Positions 24,290 to 39,100 of a DNA stretch of 64,000 nt are shown in pieces. Origin of the DNA: Azolla caroliniana (lineage: Eukaryota > Plantae > Polypodiophyta); assembly GCA_043228905.1 (NCBI GenBank), contig JBHGNT010000009.1, positions 6,510,001 through 6,574,000 on the forward strand, written 5' to 3'. Numbering within the stretch: the stretch's first letter is position 1; every line of letters starts with the position of its first letter. The translations under genes and the position numbers were made by a program. Below the pieces are notes generated by a model, which made no database searches, was not told the DNA's origin, and was given only the letters and a program-made list of their open reading frames with translations.

Positions 24290-27200
24290 ATGTGGAAATT
24301 GCAAAATATATATTTTGTAAATGTCTTGCAAAGGGTCAACTCTGCTATTCAAGGTACTTCGAATTTTTTTGAATTGAAAATATGCAAGATTGTGGAGCAA
24401 TGTGAGGTAAGAATGGTTGCTAGTAGGACTCGGGCTTTGAGGTCTCTTCAACATTTTCAGGAAAAATGTCCACATGCATCTTGGGTTGAATTGGAGTTGG
24501 ATCACATAAGAAATGAATTAATATGTTTAGAAGACAAGATCTTTCAAACAAAGTTTCATGTTATTGCTGTGAAGTGGACTTGATTAGTTGATAATGTGAA
24601 TTCCAATTTTTTCGCATATTTTAAAGGTGCTCATTCAGGTAATTGTATGAGACAACTTCGAAGGGAAGATGGGTCTATTACAAAGGACACAAATGAAATG
24701 AGGGACATTGCCGTGGCCTTTTATAAAAATCTACTTACAACCCAACAATTTTCGGGTCAATAAATCCAGAAAACAAAAATTGTTTTGGATTGTTTGGAAC
24801 ATAAGGTCTCATATGAGATGGTTGAATCATTAGTAAAAGAAATCTCTTCTACAGAGGTAAGAACTGCACTGGTGGTTGTTAGGAAGAATGTATGCCTAGG
24901 AAATGATGGATTATCACCAGAATTCTTTTTAGAGTATTGGGATGATATAGCCGATGCTTTCACAACTGCTTTACAAGAGGGTTTTCATTTGGAAAGGATG
25001 CTTGTTGAGTGGAATGGAGGAATGATTTATTTGATTCCAAAGATCGAAGGTATGGTGGATGATATTAAGAAATGGAGGCCTATAACTATTTTAAATATAG
25101 TATATAAAGTTTATGCTAAATTATTAGCTTTTCGTTTGCAGCCTTTTCTTCCACATATTGTACATAAGAATCAAACAGGCTTTATACAAGAAAGGAGTAT
25201 ATTTTATAATATTTCCATGTTTTGGGAGATGATAGCATTAGCTCAAGAAACAAAACAAGACTTAGCAATATTGCTTTTGGATTTTGAGAAAGCTTATGAC
25301 AGAGTCGATTGGAATTTTTTATATGAGGTTATGGGTCATCTAGGTATTCTAGTTGATTACATTAAGGCTGTTTTTTCCTTATATACTTCAACATCTAGTC
25401 GAGTTCTTGTTGGTGGAGCACTAGTTAAAAATTTACGATTACTAGATCGGTGAGACAAGGATGTCCTTTGAGACCATATTTATTTCTATTCGTAGGAGAA
25501 GCGTTTAGTGCATTCTTGCATAAGAACAAGTCATCTATTAAGGGTATACAATGGCCAGGTGTGGTGGAGGTTGTGTTAGACTTGTGACAATCAGTGGGAT
25601 TTTGGGTTGGGGAAGGTCTTACTCCTAGTTGGTGTCCAAACGTTGGATTTCGTTGGATACCAAAAGGCTCTCCAGTAGACATTTAGGGTGTCAAGTGGGA
25701 ATTAATCTCCCCCAGAAGCTCATATTCAACGGTTACTGCTTTCTTTGAGGAAGAAATTAATCTTTTGGAGTTCTAGGAGTTTATCATTGGCGGGGAGGCT
25801 AGTTATTTCTAATCAAGTATTACTCTCCTCAATGTGGTATATTCTGTCCTCTTGGTTATTCTCCAGGTCTTTGTTGTCAAAGTTACAACGGTTGATTAGA
25901 AATTTCTTATGGGGTTCTACCGATTTTAAGAATGTTAGACCGAAGGTAGCTTGGAAAACTATTATAGTGCCGACCCTTGGTTACATCAACCCTTGGTTTG
26001 AAATCCTTTATTTCTAGGTGATGAAGGATCTATGTTGGGAAGGAGAGTGAGATTAAATTGGGCTCAAGTGGATTCATCTTTTGCCTCATCTCTTAGTAAG
26101 TGGCAACACTTTGTTCACAATCCTACTGATATTATGCAATAAGAATATAGAGGAATAAGAGGAGGAAAGATGATAGTTGATGAGTTAAGGAAATTGCAGC
26201 TACCCTTGACTACCCTTGATGGATGATATACATTCTAATTGTCATAAGTGGGTGGGATTATTTTCAAATTTTCAAATTTTGCTTGGAGTCAGTGGCCTTA
26301 GAGATAAGGATTCTTTCTTGAGTTATGATGGTTTACAAGATGGACGATTAGGGTTGATCCCCCTAGAAGATGAATGTCTCGTTGAGGCTACAGTAAAACC
26401 CATTAGAATTCTAGCCAAGGTAGATAAGATTTGGATCCTATACCCTAATCCTAATGTTGTTTATCCATGATGGGATCTATGGGTAGTGGGCAAAAAACCA
26501 TTATGTGAATTGGAATGGGATCCAGGGTAATGGAAGTGGTTACCTACAACATATTCTGGGGAGGATGTTAGGCTGATTCCATTTTTCCAATATTCGGTTT
26601 GATTGGGAAGGGATATGTTACGACGTAGGATACCTCATTGGCCGACAACAGCTACAACATGGTTGAGTTATAATGTTGATTCTACTCATATGACAACATT
26701 TTGGAAATGGCTATGGGCTATGCAAATTCCAAAGAAGATTATTTTATTTAGATGGCTGATTGTTCATTATGCGGTTCCTGTTAGGGTTTGGATGCATTGT
26801 AAGGACATGGATAAGATGTGTGGTTTTTGTGGATTAGAGATGGAGTCTCTTCATCACCTATTTTGGTCATGTATGACTGCTAAATTGGTTTGGAAAAGGA
26901 TATTACGTTTATTGCATGAAGTATATGGCTCTAAAGTATATAAATGGGGAGCAGTGATGTGGGCTGGTATAAAGGGTAAGGTACAAGATTATGAACATGA
27001 AAATGTTACATTTGCGTTACATACAAGAGGTCGAAATGTTGAAGAAGTGTGTCGTGTATGCCTAGTAATTCAGTACAAAATGGGGTGGTTTGGGAGACTA
27101 TTAGTTCCATAACATTGTGGGTTTTGTGGACTAGTAGATGTCAAAGGATATTTCAGCAAATTCAATGGAATGTTGTGGATGTAGTCAAGGAGATTTGGTT

Positions 27201-27381
27201 GACCTTGGTGCATACACTAAAAGGAGAATGTGATGCTATCAAGGGTGTTTCAGATGTAGTCTTTCGAAAGAAAGAGGTTTTTAAGAAGACATGGGAAAGC
27301 ATGAATGTATTTTACATGGTTAATTGTTGTATACGTTGGAGGTATTAGCCACCTCTCTGGGTATTTCCTCCACCGATATGA
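24290..27381 (+). mobile_element. LINE (L1-type) ORF2, 5'-truncated and degenerate
   Basis: GNDGLSPEFF, WRPITILNIVYK, NQTGFIQERSI, LDFEKAYDRV, VRQGCPL, LSLAGRLV, zf-RVT CGFC..ESLHHLFWSC. Stops and frameshifts present; the YADD segment appears deleted near 25580. Confidence 0.92.
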
Positions 27382-27459
27382 GACATATGGATGTATATGT
27401 TAACTGTTATTGGTACTGTCTTGGGAGTTATGTATGTCAATGGCAACCTATGAGTAGTT

Positions 27460-28800
27460 TAAAAGAAAGAAATAACTGAGATTTTGTGCAATCTCAAGGC
27501 TTGGGCCAAGAAGAAAGACCATTGAGACTTATTTTCTAGTTTGTTGATTATATCAAAAGAAATTATGGCAACATGGCTTATCTGGAATTTTTCCCTTTGA
27601 GCAGTAGAAAAAGGATAATAAGTGAAATATGAAAACATGGTCTGGAACATGATCTTGTAATCACTAATATGCTAAATGGTATGTATGTAGAACCCCATTT
27701 CTTCTTATGAGATGGATGGAGTCATTGGAACAGGTGGGGGGGGGGGGGGATGCTCTTATGTATGCATTCGGAAGAAGTCTATTTTTTCTTATGTGATGGA
27801 TGGTGTCATTATTCTTCAAATCTTGCATTCAAGATGTGATTTTCATGTTCAAACACATATGAGTTAAAAGAAAGGAAAAGGGTTTGGAAAATGATCTTGT
27901 AATCACTAATATGTTAAATGATATGTATGCAGAATCCCATTTCTTCTTATGAGATGGATGGAGTCATTGAAACTGGTGGGGGGATGCTCTTATGTATGCA
28001 TTCGAAAGAAGTCTATTTTTTCTTATGTGATGGATGGTGTCATTATTCTTCAAATCTTGCATTCAAGATGTGATTTTCATGTTCAAACACATATGAGTTA
28101 AAAGAAAGGAAAAGGGTTTGGAAAATGATCTTGTAATCACTAATATGTTAAATGATATGTATGCAGAATCCCATTTCTTCTTATGAGATGGATGGAGTCA
28201 TTGAAACTGGTGGGGGGATGCTCTTATGTATGCATTCGAAAGAAGTCTATTTCTTCTTATGTGATGGATGGTGTCATTGTTCTTCAAATCTTGCATTCAA
28301 GATGTGATTTTCATGTTCAAACACATCTGAGTTAAAAGAAAGGAAAAGAAATACATATTTCCATCGCTCAACTAGGTATCAACTTGAATATGCTCATTAG
28401 AAGCACTGTTGATTTGTATGCAACATGCAGAAGTTTATTAGATGCATATAAATTGTTTGATGGATTGAGATCCCTTAAGGTGGGTGTTGATCACATGACT
28501 TTCCATAAAGGCATGTTCATACATGCTGGAACCATGGATCAAGGCATACAAAATGACCTCTATACCATAATGCTTTGCTTGAGTTTTACATTGAATATGG
28601 AAAATAGAGGATGCTTGGTCATTGTAAATGTGGTGGTATATTGGATGTATGTGATGACCCAAAGGTGGTATTTGGATATGTTGAATATGAACATGATGAG
28701 GAAGATTGATTGGTTTGAACATATGCAAATTCATGGTATGTTTCAACTATTGAGGAAGTGCTCAATCAAGTCTATCAAACAAAGGATTCACGACTAGCTA
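27460..28800 (+). pseudogene. PPR (PLS-type-like) gene remnant (approximate ends)
   Basis: Fragments HGLEHDLVITNMLNGMY, STVDLYATCRSLLDAYKLFDGL and GMFIHAGTMDQGIQNDLY resemble PLS PPR motifs. Interrupted by a tandem amplification. Confidence 0.6.
27649..28348. repeat. Tandem repeat, 3 x ~235-242 bp
   Basis: Units start atgatcttgtaatcactaatatg at 27649, 27891 and 28125. Confidence 0.93.
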
Positions 28801-29106
28801 TTGTCTTACACAAGACAGGTTGGGGAAGGATAATCACTTCCTTTCCATCATTTTGTATTTTGTAGCTGATATGCTTTTTAAAACTAATGGAAGGATATGT
28901 TTTCTTAAAAGAAAAAAAGACAAACTATATATTAGCAAGAACGAGCACCACAAACAAACCAAATACAAACTTGGTTATATGCTCACTAAGCTAGGGCAAA
29001 TGCCCTTTATGCTATTTACAAAAAAATAGCCTAAACTAGTTTTGTCTAAGATCTTGGTCTCATAGTGTTGTTTCATTTCCGCATTGACGACTTTGTTCCC
29101 AACATC

Positions 29107-29118
29107 TGGTATCAGAGC
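29107..29118 (+). promoter_or_regulatory. PBS (tRNA-iMet) of Gypsy-E
   Basis: TGGTATCAGAGC, 2 nt after CA. Confidence 0.88.
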
Positions 29119-29859
29119 AGAGGTTCATTAATCTGCTATCGGTCGTCATTAGTACCATCATCAACACTTCTAGTTACATTCACTAAAGACTTCAAGATCT
29201 ATGATTCACATTGAACAATTCCTCATATTTTAGTCAAACTGAAATCTTCTATTCGACAACTCTCAAGTCTTCATGTTGTGAGAAGAGATATCTCTACGAT
29301 TCGCACTCTACTCAACCAGACGACACATCAAGTACACTAGTCGGCTTTACTCTCTCCCCTGGTTGTAGTCACTCAAAGTGGAATCTTGAGCCAGACAACA
29401 TCATCCATGCTCTATTTGGCTAAGAGACACTTGGGTAGACTAATCAGTACTATCTCTTCAATTAGTAGTATCTCTTCGAGGTACAACAAGTGACGACTTG
29501 GAGCAAAACCAAACAATTCGAGTGGAAAGTTCAGGACACAGTTCAGAAGGTGGCTAAAGAATGGGTAGGTGAAGTAAACAACAACAATGTCACCAGAATG
29601 TTGCAAGAAAATACTGAACTAATCAACACTCCAATACATTTGGGAATTTCTTTAAAAGAGGTACTAGGACAATCATCACCCGAAGATGAAACATGGAGGG
29701 TTTTGGCATATTGCTAGATTACACTACCACTACCACTAACTGGATTACTAAAATTATTGCCCTGATTTACAAAGAAAGTAGCCCACATAATCACAAAGAA
29801 CAAGACAGACCGGGTGTCGGTTAATTTTACTAATCCGATCAAGGGACCGATAATCATGG

Positions 29860-32800
29860 ATGAGTAGTCCTTCAATAAAGGTCATCATCCGGGGCCAAGA
29901 GATATCCCATAGCATTGTAAACGGCGGGTCGGGAGTGAATGTCATAAATAAGACAACCTGTGATCGACTAGGAATTACGGACTGGGAAGTATGTTCGTTT
30001 TGGCTAAGAATGGCAGATACAAGTTTAGTACTACCATTAGGGTTGATTTGGTAATTAGAGCTGTCAATTGGTGGCCATATGTTCTAGATATCAGCAGGTG
30101 TGTTAAAATTGGATGCACTAGGCGCATATCCATTGCTATTAGGTTGACCATGGTTAAGAAATGCCAATATTAAGCGAAATTCGTAGAAAAATATCATTTC
30201 ATTTCGAAGAGGAAAAGCAAAGGTACGAGTGTCGACTCAAGAAAAAGTACTAACCAAGAAGGAATTGGTACCACTATACGTAGAATCCATAAATATGATG
30301 GAGGGTTTGGAAGACAAAGAAATCGAACAATACTTAGAGGAAAATCCAAGAATTATACCATTGTTCGAAATTGATGTAGTAGAAATCATAACTCCCTACA
30401 TCAATAATGAAAATCTTGGTACAGGGGAGCTGAACCAGCAAGAAGATCCTAAATCCCTGAAAGAATTCCAGTATCAGCAAGAAGCAATGGAACGAGAAAT
30501 GCAAGTATCTCAACGGGTGAAAACTTCAGTACTGCCGGAACTTAATTTGGCAAGAGGAGACAGTGAGCAAAAGATGATGCTCATATCTAATGATATGCCG
30601 CCAAATGACAAAACCGAATTAGTAAATCTATTACAACAATATAAAGATATGTTTGCATGGTCATTTGAAGATATGAAAGGGTTGGATCCAACGTTTTGTC
30701 AACATCAAATTCACCTTAACAAGGATGCCAAACCAATGCAGCAATGATGATACCGCCTGAATCCCAACTACACAATCCAAGTCTAGGAAGAAATCGACAA
30801 ATTGTTGAAAGTCGGATTCATCAAGCCTGTAAAAAAGGCTAGTTGGCTTAGTCCAATAGTTGTAGTGCCCAAGAAAATGGAAAATTAGCGTCTATGTCGA
30901 CTACAGAAAACTAAATTTGGCAACAGTGACAAATGCATTTCCGTTACCTTTTACAAATGGAGTCCTCAATGCGGTAGCCGGACAGGAGATCTATATAGTT
31001 TCTTGGATGGGTTTAGCGGCTACAATCATATTTGAATGCATCCAGAGGATCAACAAAAGAAGGCATTCGCCACCAAATGGGGAATTTTTGTTGTAGTAGT
31101 CATGATGTTTGGACTAAAGACGGTGTCAACAATGTTTCAGAGAATTATAGTCAAAATATTTTCAGACTACATTCCAACATTTATGCAAGTATTTCTAGAT
31201 GATTTTGTTGTTTATAGTAGAAAAATGATCATATAGAACATTTATGACTTTGTTTAGAGAAATTTCGGATGGCCCGATTAAGCTTGAGTCCAGCCAAATG
31301 TGTATTTGGGGTAACCAATGGAACATTATTGGGTCACATTGTTAGTCCAGACGGTATTGTTGTCAATCTTGACAAAGTAAAAGCTATCATTGAAGCACCA
31401 CCTCCGGACACTACTAAAGCATTAAGTAGATTTCAGGGTCAAATTCGATGGGTATGCTACTTGGCTGATGTAGCTACACCATTACACACGACGGTCCATC
31501 GAACTCCATTTCAATGGACGTCTATTGAATAGGACACTTATGATTCATTAAAACAGATGTTGTCTCAAGTTCTAGTTGTGCAACCACCGGATTGGGCAAA
31601 AGACTTTCATGTCTTTGTCAATGCCTCGGATATAGCAATTGGAAGTGCACTAATGCAATTATCAGAGCCCAATTGGTATTGACCAGTATACTACGCAAAT
31701 CGTAAGTTGTCGACAGTCGAGCGGAATTATTCAACGACCGAACGAGAGGCTCTCGGCATTATTATAGTGTAAATAAGTTTCGACACTACCTTCTGGGTCG
31801 AAAATTCACATTTCATGTTGATCATTTGGCTTTACTTTACTTAGTATCAAAGAAATCCCTAATTGGGAAATTAGCAAGATGGACGCCTCTGTTATGGGAG
31901 TTTGAGTTCGACATCGTACATTGCCCTAGAGTACAAGATGCAGTGGCAGACTATTTAAGTCAACTAGAATCAGGGGAACCGGGGGACAGAGTTCAAGATG
32001 ATTTTCCAGATGTCGAACTATTAGAAACTATTTATTCGATCGAAGTGGATGAAGAATTCGCAGATTTATGGTTCACAAAGATGATTTTGTTTCTAAGTAC
32101 GGGCTTACCGCCTAAAGGAATGTCACTAGATGAAAGGAAACAGTTGGTAGTTCGAAGTCAAAATTTTTGTCTATTGGAGGACACGTTGTATCATAAAGGA
32201 GCTGATGGAATCTGGCGGTGAGGGGTTCAACAATTCGAAAAAGAAATCATATTACGCGAAGCTCATTGTGGAATTGCTGGTGGACATTATCCATGAGAAA
32301 CAACCGCTCGGAAAATATTGAATAGTGGGTTGTGGTGGCCTACGACTATGATAGATGCGGTAAGGTATTGTCGGCAACGTGATTTATGCTAACGGATTGG
32401 TTAACCAAATGAAAAAGATTGCATGCCTCATCAACCCGTGTTACCACAAGAACCATTCTAGAAATGGAGTCTAGACTTTGTCGAACCGTTTAAGACGATA
32501 GTAGGAAAAACTGGTAATTGGTATGTTATAGTCGTCATTGACTATTGTACCAAGTGGGTCAAAGCAAAGCCTTTTCAAGATAATACAGAGACATCAACGG
32601 CCAAATTTCTATATGAATATATCTGGTGCAGATTCAACTGTCCAATAGAACTAGTAAGTGATCAAGGTACTCATTTCATTAATAAAGTAATTTATGAATT
32701 GACAAATTATTATGCATTGGTGCACAAGAAGAGTACACCTTATTACCCATAGACAAATGGATTAGTAGAATCAAGCAATAAGATGATTCAGACGATTCTA

Positions 32801-33409
32801 AAAACAATTGTTAATGACAATTGCACTGACTAGGATAAAAAACTACATAGTGCATTATGGGCATATCAGACGACCTACAAAACCATGATTCGATCGACTC
32901 CATTTCGAATGGCTTTCGGAATAGAGGCACTCATGCCAATAGAATTCCAGATTCCTAGTTTATGAATGCAAGTAGTAGAGTGGCTAGATGAAGAACAGTC
33001 AGAAAGAATTCGGAAAGAGCAACTTCTTACATTAGAAGAAAGCCGACTACAATATATGTGGCATTTAGAACAAAAGCAAAGGAAAACAAAAGCCTTTGTC
33101 GATCGACGTCGAGATGGGAAAGAGAAGCTCTTTGGCATCGACAAACCAATATTAGTATTTCAAACCAAAATGGAATCCATGTCGGGAAAACTACGGTGTA
33201 GATGGATTGGTCCCTATCGGATCGTCTATAACAACAATGGCACTTACCAAATAGACACATTGGTAGGAGAAATGACGCCGAAGTGGGTGAATGGTTTTCA
33301 ACTAAAACCATATCAGGGGCCGACACCGACTAAACCATTTCTATCGGAGGCAATTCCAAATACTGCAGGTAGTCGACCGACTAGCCTAATTATGGTCAAA
33401 AGACCATAA
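29860..33409 (+). pseudogene. Gypsy-E pol remnant (PR-RT-RH-INT)
   Basis: IVNGGSGVNVI, WLSPIVVVPKK, YSFLDGFSGYNHI, VFLDDF, NYSTTERE, SDQGTHF, RWIGPY; many stops. Confidence 0.9.
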
Positions 33410-33770
33410 TCAATTAAAAGGGGCTATGTTTGTAAATATTATTATTATTAAAATAAAAATAAAAAATAAAAAAAGGAAAGAAAAGAAAGAAAAAGGGAAT
33501 AAAAAACAAATCTTGGCATAAGTGTTTCTTGGCACTATCATTTTCAAATTATTTATAGAGGTGCACGATGATTGATTGAAATCATTTTGAGGAGTGGCTC
33601 TTAAAGGACGTCATTAATAGGAGATTCTATTTGACATTGTTCCATCTCGAGTTATGGACTACTCTTTTACAAAAACTCTTTCTTTCTGTTTTCTTGACAC
33701 AGAACAACATAGAGAAGCAAGAATTCACCAAGAAGCGCAATAGAGCGAAGCAAAGAATAGAAAAGCACTG

Positions 33771-35421
33771 ATGAGTGAAACGATCAACAGGCAAGCACAC
33801 AGAGAGTTTCAGCGATCTAATTTCTGCAAAGACGACCATATCTTCTCCATCGACGAAGAATCAATAGACGACATGCCGATCCAAGTCTTTGAACATCTCA
33901 AAAAATAGTTGCAGACAAACGGTTTGAATGTTATATACACGTAGCACAACCCCATCCATAAGCGAATGAAGTAATTAAATAGATCAACATCGATAAAGTC
34001 ACCAACAAACAAGTACGCCGATTTTTAAATCTCAAGAATGAAGGCTACAATGAAATGGATGCATATTTTGGTGAGTAGTCTCCTTCGGCAAAAGCATACA
34101 GAACACAATGAGGTAAAGATATTTTCTTTCATGATGTTGCAAAATTTCTATTGGAAGTGGCTTGTGTAAGCCCAAGATCTTACTGCATGCCCAAGCAAAG
34201 GGCATGACTCATTATAGCAATGTATGAGGGATAGAAAATCGACTGGGGGTATGTTACTAGAATTGTGCTTCGAGAACAGTTGCATGGAGTAAGGAAGGGA
34301 AAACCCATGAAGCCCATTTTTGCACAATGGTTAACTATATTATACCCAACGCCAATAGACACTAAGGGACATAAGACCCCAAAAAGGGGAAAGGGGAAAT
34401 CATCACGGGCATTGCCACAACAGTTGACACGAAGAAAAATATTGACACGGCCACAAGAAGAGTGGCAATAAAGTCACGTAGCACCAGAACAACCGACAAC
34501 TGAAGAAGTAAGGGTCTAGCCCCCACCACCCATAGATGAAGAACAAGGTCTCTGTATGCAATAGGAATCCAATAGGCCACATGAAGAAACGATGGCACCC
34601 TCACCAACACATCATAAAGAAAAGAGTTGGTTAGCTTCGCAACAAGCCAACACAAAACAACAAGAGTAGGAAATAGGCCGACCAAGGAAAAAGACAAAAT
34701 TTGTAAGCAAGCGACCGGCCAACAACAACAGGGAGAAGGAACAACCACTATCGAACCAGTCGGCTATGTTCCGTGGGGCACGATGGAAAAAGGCAAGGCA
34801 TCAGAAATATGTTTGAAATTCTCTGAATGAGGTATTAGCTATACGCAACGTACCACCCGCAACTCGTGAAATAGCGGTCATATTACGTTTTGGTACATCC
34901 TACGAGCTTGTGGACAGGTTAGCTAAATGCCTACAGTTCGCTTCTGATCAATTGGTATAGGAACACAAGGATCGGGAGATGATCCAACACACACTGTTGG
35001 GAGAAATAGAGCCAGAGCAAGAGCGGGAGTTGCAAAGACTCAGCTGGCAATGAGATGTCAGGAATATAGGTATGGCGATTCAAATTCCTACTATGAATAC
35101 AACTTTGGTCGAAGTCCATCAAGAACTAGCTAAAACAACTCCACAAGCAAAAGAGATAGCCGAAGTCTGCAAATGTATGAGACATGCGTCGGAACATATG
35201 CACAAAGAGTGGTCGGCAGTCAAGCAAGCCAATGAGAAATTAATGTCCCAATTGCAACAAGCAAATTCGAAGTTGCAACTAGTGGAGGAGCATCTTCAAA
35301 TGTACGAACAAAAGATCCTGCATGTGCCTGACAAACGGCTATGGGAACAGTTACAAGAAAAAGATGTTATACTTGAACATGCTAATAAAAGAATAAAAGA
35401 AGCGGACATCAAAGTCCACAT
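33771..35421 (+). pseudogene. Gypsy-E extra ORF downstream of pol, 5' part
   Basis: Decayed frame MSETINRQ...YFGE*SPSAKAY...KIDWGYV...IFAQWLTILYP followed by a coiled-coil-like segment. Confidence 0.6.
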
Positions 35422-35509
35422 TGTTGAGAAGCAAGCTCAACATGGTATGTGATGCTTATTAGGAAATAAGCTATAGTAGCTATTTAGCTACTTGTGAACA
35501 TAAAGGAGA

Positions 35510-36097
35510 TGTTGGGTATTGACGCTTTCAAAACCTTCTTCACTCGGCCACAACCGAGGAAACACGGATCAATGCAGCAGTAAATAGAAAACACAGAGAG
35601 AGACTCGAATGCACAGGGTTTATCGTGGAAAACCCTAGACGGGAAAAACCACGGGAGTGCAAGACTCCAACTATCAGTATACGCAGTGAATGTACAATGG
35701 CGAGCTGCAAGGCGACGACCTTGAGCTCGCTGTCCTCGCCACAGGCGGCGGTATTACACAGAGGCGTCGACCTCTTCCTTTCTCTCTCTCTCACTCTAAG
35801 TGGAAAACAGAGAAATGAGCAACAACAAAACTGTTTGCCCTAAGTCATATTTATACACATATGACTTTCGGGCTATTTACAAATATAGCCTCAAGGGCCC
35901 TTGGCAAACATATTCACAAATATGTCCCCGCATCCGGATCTCTCTCCGGGGTACATTCGTCATCCGGCTCCGTAGCCGGGGTCTTCATCATCCGGATCCG
36001 TAGCCGGGTACTCTTCATCCTCCGGTTCCGTAACCGCAACCGGGCTTGCCGTCATTCATCTCCGGACATCCCATCCGGAGGGACCGAAATCCAAACA
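35510..36097 (-). repeat. 3' LTR of Copia-D (588 bp)
   Basis: Direct repeat of 40212-40774 with ~3 substitutions and a 25-bp indel. Confidence 0.95.
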
Positions 36098-36107
36098 AAC
36101 TCCCCCT

Positions 36108-39100
36108 TCACTTCGGCATGGGATGTCTCTCCAATCCGATCCTCTTCCGGCATGCTTCCAGCTTGTCGGGCGTGAGCACTTTGGTCAGCATATCTGACCC
36201 GTTCTCGTCCGTGTGGATCTTCGTCAGCACGAACTCCTGGTCTTCTATCCTTTCCCGGATCCAGTGATATCTTCGCTGGATGTGCTTCGTCCGGGAGTGA
36301 TAGGCCGCGTTCTTCGCAAGGTGGATGGCACTCTGACTGTCGCAGTAGAGTCGGTACTCCTCCTGCCGGATACCGAGCTCTCTAATGAAGTCCTTCATCC
36401 ATATTATTTCCTTGCCGGCTTCAACAGCCGCCATGTACTCCGCCTCCGTGGTTGACAATGCAACCGTCTTCTGCAACCTCGACTGCCACGAAACGGCTCC
36501 CCCTGCATATGTCATTACATACCCAGATGTAGACCGGCTGGTATCCGCATCAGCCGACATGTCCGAATCGGTAAATCCATCGAGTTCGGGCTTACCAGAG
36601 CCGAATCGGAGGCACAGGTTCGAAGTGCCCTTTAAGTATCGGAGTATCCATTTGACCGCGTTCCAGTGCTCCTTGCCGGGATTACTCATATACCGGCTCA
36701 CCACTCCGACTGCGTATCCAATGTCCGGTCTTGTACACACCATTGCGTACATCAAGCTTCCGACGGCAGAGGCATATCGTACTTTCATCATGGCCTCCTT
36801 CTCAGCCTTTGTCTTGGGGCTTTGCTTGCTGGACAACTTGCAGTTTGCCGAGAGGGTTGACCCGACCGGTCTTGCTTCCGACATGTTGAACCGGTGAAGC
36901 ACCTTTGTCACGTACTTCTCCTGTGACAGCCACAACTGCTTCTTCTTCCGATCCCGGATGATGTGCATCCCTAGTATTTGCCTCGCCGGACCCAGGTCCT
37001 TCATTGAGAAGGTTCGGTGAAGCGCTTTCTTCAGCATCCGTATCTTGACCTGGTCCCGTCCGACGATCAACATGTCGTCCACGTACAGGAGGAGTATTAG
37101 AAAGTCTCCTCCTTCGAACTTCTTCACAAACACGCAGTGATCGGTCTGCGTTTTGTGGTACCCTTCGTCGGTCATGAAAGAGTCGAACTTCCGGTACCAT
37201 TGCCGGGGAGCCTGCTTCAGTCCGTAAAGGCTCTTCTTCAACCGGCATACCAGGTGCTCCTTCCCTTTCTTCTCGAATCCTTCCGGTTGATGCATGTAGA
37301 TCTCTTCTTCGAGGTCACCGTGAAGGAATGCCGTCTTCACGTCCATCTGTTCTACCTCGAGGTCCATGCTTGCCGCTATGCTCAACACCGTCCGGATGGA
37401 GGTCATCTTCACTACCGGGGCAAATATCTCGTCGAAGTCGACGCCCTTCTTCTGCTGGAACCCCTTCACCACGATCTTGGCTTTGTATCTCGGGGGGTTT
37501 CCGGCATCTCCCGGTTTCAGCTTGAACACCCACTTGTTTCGAAGTGCCCGCTTTCCTTTCGGCAACTCCACAAGTTCATATGTGTGGTTCTCATGCAGGG
37601 AATCCATCTCCTCCTGCATGGCACTTAACCACCTGCGGCTATGGGTGTCAAGCTTTGCTTCTTCAAAACTCTCCGGCTCCCCCTCGTCGGTTAGCAGCAC
37701 GTGCTCTGGTTCCGGAAATCTCCAGGGGGCCCTTCTCTCTCTTAGAGGATATCTCCGTTCCGGAGCTTCGGTAACCGGCTCCTCCGTTTCCTCTTCATCC
37801 GAATCCATTTCGGGATCGGGGCCGGTTCCGGTATCAGTTTCATCTTCCTCGGCCGGATCTGTTTCTTCACCGTCTTCGGCCGGATCCTCGAGTGCTAACC
37901 GGTCCCTTGCCGGTCGGGACTGCTCCTTGTAGAGTTGATCCTCACCGGTCGACTTGGAGCTCTTCATCTTCTTCTCCGACTCCCAGTCGGCGAGTGTCTT
38001 GTCCTCCATGAAGATGATATCACGACTCCGGAATATCTTTTTGTCGACCGGGTCCCATACTCGGTAGCCGAACTCGTCATCGCCGTAACCGAGGAATATG
38101 CATGGCCGGGTCTTTGGATCTAGCTTTCCTCTCCGGTCCTTTGCCACATGCACATATGCGAGACACCCGAACACCTTCAGATGCCGGTAGGATACTTCCC
38201 TACCAGTCCACACTCTCTGCGGCGTGTCTCCGTCCAAAGGTACTGAGGGTGATCTGTTTATCACGTATGTCGCCGTCGACATTGCCTCAGCCCAAAACCC
38301 CTTGGGTAATTTCGCATGCGCCAGCATACTCCGGACCCTCTCCATTATGGTCCGGTTCATCCTCTCGGCCAGCCCGTTCAGTTCCGGCGTCTTCGGCACA
38401 GTAAACTCGAGCCGGATTCCCTTCGAGCGACAGTACTCCTCGAACTGCCCCCGGTATTCCCCTCCGTTATCTGCTCGTATCGCTTTCAGCTTCTTGCCGG
38501 ATTCCCTTTCCACTCTCGCGTGGAGTTCTTTGAAGACGCACAACACTTGGTTCTTTGTCTTCAACGGTGCCGTCCACAGCTTCCGGCTGTGGTCATCAAT
38601 GAATGTCACGAAGTACTGGGCTCCACCATGTGACTTCGTTTCTACTTGACACACGTCAGTGTGCACCAACTCCAATGGTGCGCTACGTCTCGTCGGTGGC
38701 CTTGAGTGGAAGGAGGTTCGGTTCTGCTTACCGGCCAGGCAATCGGTGCACTTCTCCAGGTGCACGTGCTTCACTGGAATAAGGTTGTCTTCTGCAAGCC
38801 TCTTCATCCCCTTCTCACTCATGTGGCACAGTCTCTTGTGCCACAGCTCAACCGCAGTGTCGGCTGCCACGTTCAACTCCTCCGGACACAACCAGGCACT
38901 CATAAGGTACAGTGTGTTGACTTTCCGGGCCCGAGTCACTATCAGGCTCCCCTTGCTGAACTTCATTACGCCGTTCCGGATGCTACCTGTGTAGCCTTCA
39001 TCGTCTAGCCTCCCGGCCGAAATCAGGTTCAATCGAACCTCCGGAACGTGTCGGACATCCTTCAGCAACATTTTGCATCCGGTCGAGGTTGTCAACCACA

